Shown here: in pieces, positions 52,031-64,000 of the stretch
Layout of the letters: each line of letters begins with the position of its first letter
Position numbering within the stretch: position 1 is the first letter of the stretch
Source: Octopus sinensis
Lineage: Eukaryota
Assembly (NCBI RefSeq): GCF_006345805.1
Contig: NC_043008.1
Coordinates: forward strand, 20,708,001-20,772,000
Length of the DNA: 64,000 bases
Reading direction: 5' to 3'
The notes under the pieces: generated by a model
What the model was told of the DNA's origin: nothing
Database searches by the model: none
Seen by the model: only the letters and a program-made list of their open reading frames with translations
Position numbers and translations under genes: made by a program

Positions 52031-52061
<31 letters not shown>

Positions 52062-52168
52062 CATATGTATATACATGGATATACATACAAAAGAATTCGA
52101 TATATATATATGAATATATATATATATACATATATATACATATTTATATATATACGTATATATATACG

Positions 52169-52225
<57 letters not shown>

Positions 52226-52499
52226 AATATGTATGTATGTGTATGTATGTATATATATATATTCACATACACACACTTACATATATCTGCGTGTACGTGT
52301 CTGTCTCTCTTATAGACGGAAAGAACTAAAAGAAAAAAAAATCAAGAAACTAAGATATTTAATCAAATAATTTACATATATATTACTCCGGACGAGAACA
52401 TGTTTCAAGCGTGTAGGCGCTTGTATGTATTTTTACGTCTGGTCATCTCTATGAGTATTCACAGATTTCTCTGTGCGTGCAGTATATAATGATTGCATG

Positions 52500-52647
52500 T
52501 GTGCTTGCACGCGTGAGTGTATGTGTGTGTGTGCGTGTGTGTGTGTGTGGTGTGTGTGTGTGTGTGTGGTTGTGTGTGTGTGTGTGTGTGTGTTTGGTGT
52601 GTGTGTGTTGTGTGTGTGTGTGTGTTGTGTGTTTGTGTGTGTGTGTG

Positions 52648-52679
<32 letters not shown>

Positions 52680-52739
52680 GGTGCGTGTGTGTTTGTTGTG
52701 TGTGTGTGTGTTTGTGGTTGGTGTGTGTGTGTGTGTGTA

Positions 52740-52775
<36 letters not shown>

Positions 52776-52809
52776 TGGGTGTGTGTGTGTGTGCGTGTGT
52801 GTTTGTGTG

Positions 52810-52844
<35 letters not shown>

Positions 52845-52885
52845 GGTTGTGTGTGTGTGTGTTTGTTGTGTGTGTGTGTGGTGTG
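52500..52885. repeat. Long interrupted (TG)n tract
   Basis: Read directly. Confidence 0.95.
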
Positions 52886-53064
52886 TTAGTATTAGTACAA
52901 TGCGTGTGAAAATAAAACGGAAGCTCTGCAGCATCTGTCATATCACAATATACACTTTTCCACGATTTACTGTAGACGACCAAAGAATGAATTCGATTGT
53001 TCTGCAAACTTGGTATTTATGGATCTCACAGAAAGATATATAAATATATATATATATCTTTATT

Positions 53065-53126
<62 letters not shown>

Positions 53127-54081
53127 ATCGAAGGCACTATACACACACGCCCGCAAGCACACATGAATATCTCCGTGTGTGTGTGAGAGAGTAAGAGAGT
53201 GCGAGCGTGCGTGTCTGTGCGCGCCCGCGCATTGTGTGTATACACATACATTTGCCAAATAAACTATATACATACTCATATATGATATATTTATAATATA
53301 CACCACATATCTATCTATACATATATAAAATATATATATATATAGATATATATAAACACACATACATACAGACTATATTATATATATTATTTGTATATAT
53401 ATATACATATATATATATATAACACATCATATATAAATAACATATACATATATATATGCATATATATATATATAATATATATATATATATATTAGATATA
53501 TATATAATGCATATACGCACACATACATAACACCACGAACGTAACAAGCAAGAAATACTATAAATGCTAAAGTGAGTATAAGCATATATACATTCATCCG
53601 TGTATATACAATGGAGTGCACGTCTGTGTCTATGACTGGCAGTGTGTGTAAATGCCTAAAAGCATATGTATACTGCATTTTTTTTCTACAAGCGAAATGG
53701 ATACCGAATACATCAATAACCACTGCTGGCGCTTCAGTGCATATTTGAACAGCCAGCTTATCGACATTTGCTTCTCTTCGAAATAAATACCCGGAATATA
53801 CCTAAGAACTTCTGGAAATGTAAACCACACTGCTCTGGCTTTCCGGCCGGATGGAACAATTAAAGGAAAGTCTAAAGAAGATACTACATCTCACTTTCTC
53901 TTTCCCCTACCCTCTTCCCCCTCTCTGTCTCTCTCTCTCTCCTTTGATGTAAATACATATGTATGGGATACATACGTAAATATATATATATATATATAAA
54001 TCATACTTACAATAAGAATATATATATAATCATGCAGCCCCCTATATATATATATATATATACATACATATATATATATAT

Positions 54082-54112
<31 letters not shown>

Positions 54113-54426
54113 GACATACATATATAGACATACATATATATATATATGCACACACATATAATATATATAATATATATATAGGTATTTATATACGTATATA
54201 TGTATTTATATACGTAGATGTATATTTATATACATATATACATACATATATATAAATCATACTTACAACATAAATATAGATATAATCATACACCCTCCAT
54301 ATATATATATATACACATACATATACATATATATATATATGCATATATATATATGTACTTATATACGTATATAAGTATTTATATACATTATGATATTTTA
54401 TATACACATATAATATTTCATATACC

Positions 54427-54482
<56 letters not shown>

Positions 54483-54519
54483 ATAAATATGCATGTATAT
54501 ATATATATATATATATATC

Positions 54520-54561
<42 letters not shown>

Positions 54562-55169
54562 TGTTATAAAATGAACGTTCTTATCACACACTAGCACACA
54601 CGTGCGGGGGTTTATATCTTATTGACGTAGATTTAACGAATAATCTATTGAAAATTACGGTTTCGTTTTGTAAAGTTGCTAAATAATATACTTTACTATC
54701 AACAGAAAATTCTCAGGAAAGTAGACCAGATTGAGACGAAAGCAATGGCGATAGGGAAATCCAAAGAAATAAAATCGAAGAGGAAGGATGTAAAAAATGC
54801 AGCTCAAAACCACTAAATCTGATGGGTCTGTAAAAGTATTTGGAGTTACAAAATGAAAGCAAAAAGGAGAGCAAGTTATCGGTATTGGCTTGTCAATATA
54901 TAAAAAGGATATGGTTCGACAAGTGATATGTATATATACACAGAGGGGACGTATGTACACAATGTACGTATACATACAAACCCGCCTCGTTATACAGTAT
55001 ACACAAACGTGTATTGCTGAGGTGGATGCAAGGCAGTTGTTGAATAATCGGCAAAAAGTTCCTGAAGAGGAAGACCCTGCTAGAACGTATTTGCAGAGCA
55101 CTTATATTTTTATTTACATACATACATACATGCATACACATACATATACATACATGCATACACATACAT

Positions 55170-55202
<33 letters not shown>

Positions 55203-55365
55203 CATAGATATATATATATACACACACACATATATACATATATGTATGTATATATATATATGTATGCATATATATATATATATATAAGCACAAACGTAGT
55301 GTATAGTTGACACATCCTAGGAAATTGGAGATGAACAAACACGTACTGAAAGAGAGATACAATAA

Positions 55366-55422
<57 letters not shown>

Positions 55423-56011
55423 CAGTAGGAGCAATGGAAGGAAGTGAGGCGAAATAAGAAGTGCTAAACTGCTAGAAGTCATTTTTTTTATCATTACTCG
55501 TATAACACACCCTGTGTTATGTGGTTAATGCCATTTAGACTAAACATAAAAAATAGATCCTGTATATCTTCAGGCATTATACACTTTCTGCAGAAGTATT
55601 CGCATTATAGACGCAAATGTGTAAAGTTAAATGAGGAGTGAAATTAATAGATTTATCTATATATTTTGAAGACTGGCATGTGAGGCAGAATAAAATATCG
55701 GCAGGTTGTTCCTTCGAATAAATTTCAAACACCGTTTTCCTCCAACATTTGTAGCCGCAACCATTAGTAAGTCATTCTAAACATTACGAGATGCATTTGC
55801 ACTATTCGCTGTTAAAAGGATACTTTTCTTTCGTTACTATATTTTAAAAACTAAAATACACCTTTTGATAGGTTTCAAGTACATTCTTAATAAATCATGT
55901 ATATATATATATATATATATAGGGAAAGTTTACGAAAATAACAAAAGACGAAGACAAGTGGTATACAAAACAAACAGGTGTATTAGTATAACGCTCAGGA
56001 ATAGAAAAAGT

Positions 56012-56048
56012 CTTTTACGTTTCGAGCCTACGCTCTTCTACAGAAAAG
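56012..56048 (-). ncRNA. Minimal hammerhead-like motif with a variant core (A6U)
   Basis: CTTTT-CTGTAGA-A-GAGC(GTAG)GCTC-GAAA-C-GTA-AAAG; same layout as 41190. Confidence 0.5.
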
Positions 56049-56288
56049 TACACAAAAAAAAAACAAGGACAGAAACAAGGAGAGAAAAAAAGGAGATATA
56101 ATACAAATAAGAAAATGGAGAAACAAATATATTTTGTTCATCAACTTTCGGATGTTGGATTATTTATTCATTTAACAAAATGAGAACCTTAATAGCATAC
56201 ATATATATCTTATAATTCAAAACATATAAGATAAGAATACAAATTATAAAAATCATAATATAAATTCTTGAAATCATTAAAATCACTT

Positions 56289-56418
56289 CTTACAGCTGTT
56301 TCAGCCTATGGCTAAAAGTATTTATTTTTATTGTTATTGCCTATAGTTTTCAACATAATGAGGTTGTAGGCATTCAAAAATAGAGTACTTATACATATAA
56401 CCATAGGCCTCGTCAGAG
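56289..56418 (-). ncRNA. Type I hammerhead ribozyme motif with a long stem II
   Basis: CTGACGA-GGCCTATGG..CCATAGGCT-GAAA-C-AGCT-GTA; 9-bp stem II, palindromic ACAGCTGT, weak stem I (2 bp). Confidence 0.7.
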
Positions 56419-56652
56419 GTTTTTAGGAACTTTAAAGATATTAATATTAATACATTAAACATGATACGCGTATTATTTAATGTATATAAAAAATATGAAC
56501 AAATATCCATATAGCCATATACATATACATATATACACATATACATACATAAGCAAAGTGTATATACTTTTACATCTGTAAAATACATAAGCACAATTAA
56601 GCAATAGGTCCAAGTAGATAACCATACGTCATACACATACAAAGATATATAT

Positions 56653-56683
<31 letters not shown>

Positions 56684-56734
56684 TGGAACATATAAACGCG
56701 CGTATGCTTATTACCAGATAAATAATAATGAATT

Positions 56735-57151
56735 ACTCTTTACTCTTTTTTTACTCTTTTTACTTGTTTCAGTCATTTGACTGCGGCCATGCTGGAGCAC
56801 CGCCTTTATTCGAGCAAATCGACCCCGGGACTTATTCTTTGTAAGATGAATACTTATTATATCGGTCTCTTTCGCCGAACCGCTAAGTGACGGGGACGTA
56901 AACACACCAGCATCGGTTGTCAAGCAATGCTAGGGGAACAAACACAGACACACAAACACACACATTCATATATATATATACATATATACGACAGGCATCT
57001 TTCAGTTTCCGCCTACCAAATCCACTCACAAGACATTGGTCAGCCCGGGGCTATAGCAGATAACACCTGCCCAAGATGCCACGCAGTGGGACTGAACCCG
57101 GAACCATGTGGTTGGTTAGCAAGCTACTTACCACACAGCCACTCCTGCGCC
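56735..57151 (-). mobile_element. SINE family A, full length, young
   Basis: Complete; head abuts (TAA)n. Confidence 0.92.
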
Positions 57152-57173
57152 TAATATAATAATAATATCAATT

Positions 57174-57208
<35 letters not shown>

Positions 57209-57209
57209 G

Positions 57210-57285
<76 letters not shown>

Positions 57286-57768
57286 TCAATAATAACAATA
57301 TTATAACACGTCTATGCTTATGACCAGATAAATAACAATCAATTATTAATAATAATACTGTTATTATTATCAATACAACATACACATTTTTGTTTATGTT
57401 GTATCTTTCAACGTCTTTGCATATTTTACCTATCGAATCATAGTTTTATTCATATCACCTGCCTCATTCTGTGGCTTCCATCTTTCATTGAGCGAAGGAA
57501 TGCAAAATTATTTCTACATAAAATGGATCCATAAATATACACTTCGATTTAACACTGAATAAACATGGATTGTAACGAATACACATACATTAATATTGTA
57601 ACGAAGCTTCCGTTATAAAGTTTGAAATAACCGGCAAATTTTCCACTTGAATATTGCAAAGGTGATCCAGCGTGCAAGAATAATGCTTGATAAATCTTTG
57701 GCTTGTATAAGTACATATTTCCATTGAAACAATGGAGAAAAGCAGACAGACAAACAGACAGATATAGA

Positions 57769-57805
<37 letters not shown>

Positions 57806-57905
57806 AAGAGAGAGAAAGAGAGAGATCTGATTATATAAGAGTATATTAAATAATACTGTTCTTTCTCTTGGCTGGAAAAGATATAAAATTGTTCTGTTGA
57901 TTCGT

Positions 57906-58400
57906 TCAGCAGGAGAATGCGTTATCTATTGGTGCATAAAAGGAGAGGAAATAAAACTGTCCAGTTTTCCTGTATTTCCCAAGTAATATTACAGACATGT
58001 ATGTTAAGAACTGCTTATTAATGTTAACTATTAACAGTGGATCTCCGTCAAAATCTTCAACCATATTTTCCCAAATGTTTGAATTATCGAATCATTGAAA
58101 TTAGAATATAAATGGCTCTGTATTCCAGCCAACCAACGAGTTTGTAAACGTCACTGCACTGATTAAATTTTTTACTGGTGATGTAACATGCTAATCCTAT
58201 GCAATTTAGTTCTCACAATCTCTTTGTGTTGTCCAATAGAAACAAAATATGCGTGGTATGTCACAGGAATTATGGCCGATTCACGAAAGTAATTGACTAT
58301 CCAAAAACGACTTCAATCGGTTCTCACATCCCAAGTGTATATGCATGGGACCAAATACACTTAGCTCCCACATAATAAGAGTCGATGTAATTCCCACGGA
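57906..58400 (-). pseudogene. Decayed exon-like segment, F5/8 type C-like
   Basis: LVGWNTEPFIF*FQ*FDNSNIWENMVEDFDGDPLLIVNINKQFLTYMSVILLGKYRKTGQFYFLSF. Confidence 0.45.
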
Positions 58401-59069
58401 AAGTTAACGTGATACAATGTTTAATAAGTTTGCATTTTTCTATTAACCTCCCTGGCGGGTTTCCGTACAGTTTCAGTCTTTGTAACTTAATTCATAAGAT
58501 AGAAGGTACTGGAATCAAACCCGTGACGTCGGGACTACGAAACAAATTTTTTAAATACTCAGCCACAAGATGATGATTAATCACTGTGATAATTACATAA
58601 CGATAACACTTAAGCAATAAAGTAGCGCACATAATGACTTAAAATTTAATACTTCCAGGCGAGAAAAAAGAACAAGAAAAATATTCCAATAGAAATTACG
58701 GTGAGGAAAGAAGGATGACAGTTCAAAATAACATAGCAGATGTTATGTATCTCATATATTTTCCTTTTTTCAACTGTTTTATAAGATTCTTTATATGAAT
58801 TCGTGTATTGAAGCAAATTATGTTGTGTACAGGGAGAGTCGTATTGCTTTGATGCCTTATTATCTAACACACTCACCGGTACGTTTTCCGCTCATTTATT
58901 ATTTATATTTTTTCTTCCAAAGTTTTCGTTGCCTTTTTGCAACCTTGTCAATGGATGTTGATTCTGTCGGTTATTGAAGCTTCGCCCTTCTTTATCTGTG
59001 CGCACCCGTTCATATTACTTTTAAGAAAACAGAAATAATTACAAATTTCGGTATACAACCAAATAGTTT

Positions 59070-59227
59070 AATAGGAAGAGACAAATCGATTACATCGACT
59101 CAAGTGCTTGATTAGTACTTTAATCAACCGCAGGAAGTTGAAAGACAAAGTTGATCGGCAGAATTTGAACTCAGAATGCAAAGTATGTTTCTCCATCGGG
59201 GTAACGATACTTCCAGCACGCCACCTT
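59070..59227 (-). mobile_element. Old SINE B/C copy; another lies at about 59640-59800
   Basis: AATCGATTACATCGAC and GAATTTGAACTCAGAA motifs. Confidence 0.7.
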
Positions 59228-59329
59228 CATGATAACAATCATTTTTTTCCTACTATAAGCACAAACGTTGGGGAAAGGAACTAGTAAATCACACGAGGCC
59301 AGTACTTGGCTTTCTTGTTTCTTGATGAA

Positions 59330-59600
59330 GTTGGGAAAATCTCAGAGGCATCATTGTACCTAGAGCCGACCATGCCCACCAATGCTCCACAATGCCTACG
59401 GTTCCATGCCAGCCTCTATGCCTCCTCCAAGATAACCTCGAGCCTCTGGAGATCTTCCAGAATCACATCCAGCTATCTGGTTCGGGGCCTACCACGGAGC
59501 CTCCTCCAGCCCGCAGCTGCTACATTAAACGAGAGTAAGGCTCTCGTAGGATGATCTTGCAGTATGCAGAGGACAATTTCGCACCAGTGCAATGGGGCAG
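59330..59600 (-). mobile_element. RTE-clade LINE 3' end remnant
   Basis: AGWRRLRGRPRTR*LDVILEDLQRLEVILEEA*RLAWNR. Confidence 0.8.
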
Positions 59601-60404
59601 AAGGCTGCATGCTGGTGCATGCATGCTCGTGATTTTATGGTACCTGGCTCATCCTGTCTCCATGATTTAATCAATCCCAAAGGATAAAACAAAAATGTTA
59701 ACCTTGCCGGTATTTGAACTCCGAACGGAAATTAGAAAGACATGCAACTTAGCATGTTTTTTGTCCGATGTGGTAATGATTCTGCCACCCTGCTGCTTTA
59801 ACAAAGAAGCAACAATAAACAGCACTGACTGATATTGTTTCTCTTTCGCTCGGAGAAAGAACAAAAAACAAGTTAATTCAATTGAGTATAATAGATAATA
59901 TATTATGTGAAAAATATTTCAAAATAATTAGCAATATCAGTTTTTCAGACTTTAAAGTTTCTCTGAGATACGAAAATTATATTACCTTGTGGGAATACGT
60001 GAAATAGAGAATCTAATCTTTTATATAGAACGCTAGGTATGACGGTAGTTTTTACGAGTGCAAACCAATTACATTGGGTAGAAGAGAGATTCTTATAATT
60101 GTCCACTTTGTAGAAAGAGCAATAAAATCCATTTTTAAAACGTTGTTTATCGTTTTTAGGGAAGGAGGGCATATTGAATAATTTGAGATAAACACTGACT
60201 GATTATATTTAAAGTATAAAGCTATTATGAACAAAACCTCCATTCAAATATGTGCCTTTGTATCTGTATAAGAATTTATTATTATACATTTGATAAAACT
60301 ATCTAGAAAACAGCAAGCGATGTCCTAAATGTCTTATACATTCAACACCACAATATTCGGTCTATTTGTACATACTATTATATGTATACATACACTATAT
60401 ATTG

Positions 60405-60454
<50 letters not shown>

Positions 60455-60490
60455 ACACACACACATACAATGTATATACATATATATATA

Positions 60491-60523
<33 letters not shown>

Positions 60524-61957
60524 GGAGAGGAAACAATAATAAGGCAGAATGCTTAACTAAAAGTAAATTTTAATAAAAATGGGTGTATGAAAAATTAAAA
60601 AAAGAAATTTACCGGCTTTCATTGCGAAGCAAATTTTCAAGATTTGGAAGGGAAAAATTTATTTTTTTAAATTGAGGAAGGGGAAAAATGTAATTTACAA
60701 TGTTTCCTTTCAAAATAATAATAACTATATACAAAAATTAATAAACAAGTATTCCAATACATTGTAGTGTCTTTATGCTTTTAGAGTTCAATAATAGTTC
60801 ATGGAGAAACTTCTTTGGGGAATTAGGATCCATGTGCTTAAATGTAGTGTTTTGTTTGAAACGGTTGGATGTTTAACACAATCCCACCATTTATTGACTT
60901 ATATATAAATATATATATATCATGCAAATGTGTCGAAAGTTCAAAACGTTGCTTTTTCAGAAAACGAAACAATAGTTTCACGATTCCACAGCAAAACCGC
61001 CGTACTGCACTTTGACAATTTTTAATATCTTGCCACCTGGAGCAGCAGGCGTTACGATATTTTGACCAAAAGAACCGGCAATTGGAAGCAAATATAATCA
61101 TTGAAAAAAAAAAACGCACTTGGTCAAATTTGGACATACGACAGTTTAACGTAATAGCAACGATATATACTCTGATAGGGGTTGGAACGGCCTCGAACAC
61201 CGAACCGAGAATTCCTTAGCATGACCTGCCAATTTCAGCTCTTTCCGTAGCCATCTTCAGTAAGGACAGCTCGTTCGGTTGATTTTGGGTTAGCTCACCT
61301 ATCAGAGTATATATATTCACCATAAAAATCTATGGATGAGTTTGCAAATCGCTAATGTATTTTTTTATTATTTTTATTTTAACTAGTTTCAGCTCACGAG
61401 CTGTGGCCATGCTGGGGCGCCGCCATTTAATGGGTATACAAAAAAATTAATTAAAAAAAAGGTGTTTCCAACGTTATACCGTAAATGAGAATTACAGTCG
61501 TCAACCTGACTAAGGATGTGAATAACACCTACATTGCTAAAAATAGGAGCTAAAGTGCTCCAATGTTGTTACAAAGCACATAACATACACTCTGTTAGGG
61601 ATTGGAGCATTTTAGTCTATATCATCCCGTCTTTTCGCATACTAAGATCTATATTGTTCAATGCATTTCCCCATTCCCATTATTTACGTCTGTAGGCTGT
61701 GACATGAATTTGGCTGCTGTTTCTAGCACAGCGAGTGACAAATTATAATATCCTTGTTAGCGCGCGTCCCATAGCGTAAAAACTAAAAGAACATCTCAAA
61801 TCCGCATCGTTTGACGAAATATTTAAACACTTTAGCTGTAAATATCTTACCGCTAGCATCTTAAATTACATGTGTCCATTTGTAAAGAAACGTTGGGGGT
61901 CCATATTTTATTCATTTCTTTACTTAAGCTTGTCCGTAATTTTCCATCTTGATCGAG

Positions 61958-62600
61958 TTAACAGTCTCTGGAAACATCGTTAAGTAATTCCGTTCGATTC
62001 TTCCTGTACCAAATTTTCCCCGAAGAAAAATCATAACTCAAGTTTGTGCTATTCAGCTTGGCACCATTAGAGTTTTCTGATTTGTTTTCGAGTTGAGCTT
62101 CAGTGAAACTTAAGTAAATCGTTATTGCAGGTACCCCTGTGGTTCTGTTGTTTTTGCTAGTCTTATCGACCTTTCTAGCAATGTAGGTGTTATTCTCAAA
62201 CTCAATCAAGTTTAGTTGACGTCCATAATTTTCCTTTGTGGTAGTTAGACTGCTTCGCTGTGTTTGTTTCGTCTCTCCTCATTATGCATTCAAATCCCAC
62301 CGAGGTGAAAATTACCTATTAATCATTTCGACATCGATGGTGGTGGGAAAGATTAGATTGGTAGAGATGTAAAAAAAATGTCATATCGTATCCCCGGAAG
62401 TAATTTCGGTTCTTTGGTTTCTGAGTTCAAATCTGAGCGCAGCTTAATTCACTGGTGGAATAATTCCTTCGGTTAGTTTTACGCATCCACCTGGAATCAT
62501 AATTACCATTAGCAGACCCTGTTCTGTTACAAATTTCTAGGGCTAATAATTGAAGACATCTCATTCCCACCATTCTTGGAGACGCTGTGTTCCACCCTGA
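61958..62600 (-). pseudogene. Exon-like segments
   Basis: Strong acceptor TTATTTTGTCTTTTAG (62601-62602) then SGWNTASPRMV..; separate open frame LIEFENNTYIARKV..AITIYLSFTEAQLEN..NGAKLNSTNLSYDFSSGKIWY at 61958-62209. Confidence 0.4.
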
Positions 62601-62877
62601 CTAAAAGACAAAATAACATAAAACCGTAGCTTAATGTGTTTTTTTTTATGTGATTGATCGTTATAATAATTGCGAAAGTGAAGAATTTGATTTCCCATAA
62701 TAGAGCATGGAGAACTTGCGGAATCGCTTTTCCATTGTCTTTGTTGATCTGTAGTTATGTTTCAGCAAAGAGTTGCAGTTTTACTGTAACTTTAGTCAAG
62801 TTTTGGTTTAATCTTATGCTTAGAACAACAAACTATAACCGATGAGGTACCTATTTGCAGTGAGGTACACTGGGCTA

Positions 62878-63115
62878 AAAGGCGGCGAGCTGACAGAAAC
62901 GTTAGCACGCCGGACGAAATGCTTAGCGGTATTTCGTCTGTCGTTACGTTCTGAGTTCAAATTACGCCGAGGTCGACTTTAACTTTCATCCTTTCGGGGT
63001 CGATTAAATACATACCAGTTACGCACTCGGGTCGATATAATCGACTTGATCCTTTTGTCTGTCCTTGTTTGTCCTCTCTCTGTTTAGCCCCTTTGTGGGT
63101 AGTAAAGAAATAGGT
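62878..63115 (+). mobile_element. SINE family B, full length
   Basis: AAGGCGGCGAGCTGACAGAAACG head to GTAGTAAAGAAATAGG tail. Confidence 0.92.
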
Positions 63116-63247
63116 TCACTGGGTTAGTCATCGATATTTAAGTATCTTTATCTTCGCTGCGGAGTTGCTGTCGCATTACGGTCCTTTGTAGTCATAGCAA
63201 CGCCTTAATGATTTTACTGTGACGTTGTTTTGTTAGAAATTAAGGAA

Positions 63248-63469
63248 CTTTACTCTTTTACTCTTTCATGTGTTTCAGTCATTTGACTGTGGCCATGCTG
63301 GAGCACCGCCTTTAGTCGAGTAAATCGACCCAAGGACTTATTCTTTGTAAGCCTAGTACTTTCTCTATCTGTATCTTTTGCCGAACCGCTAAGTTACGGG
63401 GACGTAAACACACCAGCATCGGTTGTAAGCGATGTTGGCGGCACAAACACAGACACACAAACATGTACG

Positions 63470-63537
<68 letters not shown>

Positions 63538-63683
63538 TATGACGGGCTTCTTTCAGTTTCCGTCTACCAAATCTACTCACAAGGCTTTGGTCGGCCCGAA
63601 GCTATAGTAGAAGACACTTGCCCAAGTTGCTATGCAGTGGTACTGAACCTGGAACCATGTGGTTTGTAGGCTACTCCTACGCC
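63248..63683 (-). mobile_element. SINE family A, near full length
   Basis: Complete except a deletion in the head. Confidence 0.9.
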
Positions 63684-64000
63684 TATAACTTATTAACTTT
63701 TCATTCGAAGTAGCACCCATTATTTTCTAAATACATTCAGTTTGCTAAAATATATGCAGCAAACTTTATGACGGCGTTTTTGTATTGTTTATCATATGTT
63801 AACAACAAAGACATTAACAACAACAAAAACTCATCTTTAATTACTAAAAAGACGAGGAAGTCTGTCGCGAATAACCAGTTATTATGTACATCTTCAATTA
63901 GTCCTAAGTCTTATAATTCAATTAAACATTAATATATTTTCGAGAAATGCAACTGACTTCATCAGTTCTCTCAGGCATTCGGTAATAATTAATAGCAGTA

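Noticed and set aside
55055-55095. CTGAAGA..GAACGTA string next to a microsatellite
   Set aside because: GAAA is incomplete and there is no proper stem II; at most a dead remnant
60838-61200. 120-aa minus-strand ORF
   Set aside because: No recognisable motif or splice signals; runs into a TA tract

Overview
AT-rich eukaryotic genomic DNA saturated with microsatellites, most likely from an octopus or other coleoid cephalopod (inferred from the SINE families and repeat load). There is one 100-N scaffold gap at 32228-32327. I find no intact protein-coding gene; almost every ORF in the supplied track is a translated microsatellite or SINE. Contents: (1) more than 30 tRNA-derived SINE copies from at least three head families with swapped tails (called A, B/C and OR-like here); (2) four same-strand R4/Dong-clade LINE copies chained by (TAA)n at 3.1-7.2 kb, plus older R4 and RTE fragments; (3) a Helitron-like element and mariner/hAT remnants; (4) several hammerhead-ribozyme motifs inside short (TA)n-adjacent elements that look Penelope- or retrozyme-like, including a canonical one at 47563-47642, a 1.5-mer tandem unit at 13.9-15.2 kb, and a 173-bp palindrome whose two arms each read as a hammerhead-like core; (5) about 11 decayed minus-strand exon-like segments, several with intact splice signals, whose peptides resemble F5/8 type C (discoidin) and repeated beta-sandwich domains. 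These suggest one long unprocessed pseudogene spanning the window. All translations, alignments and folds were done by eye; no database search was run.
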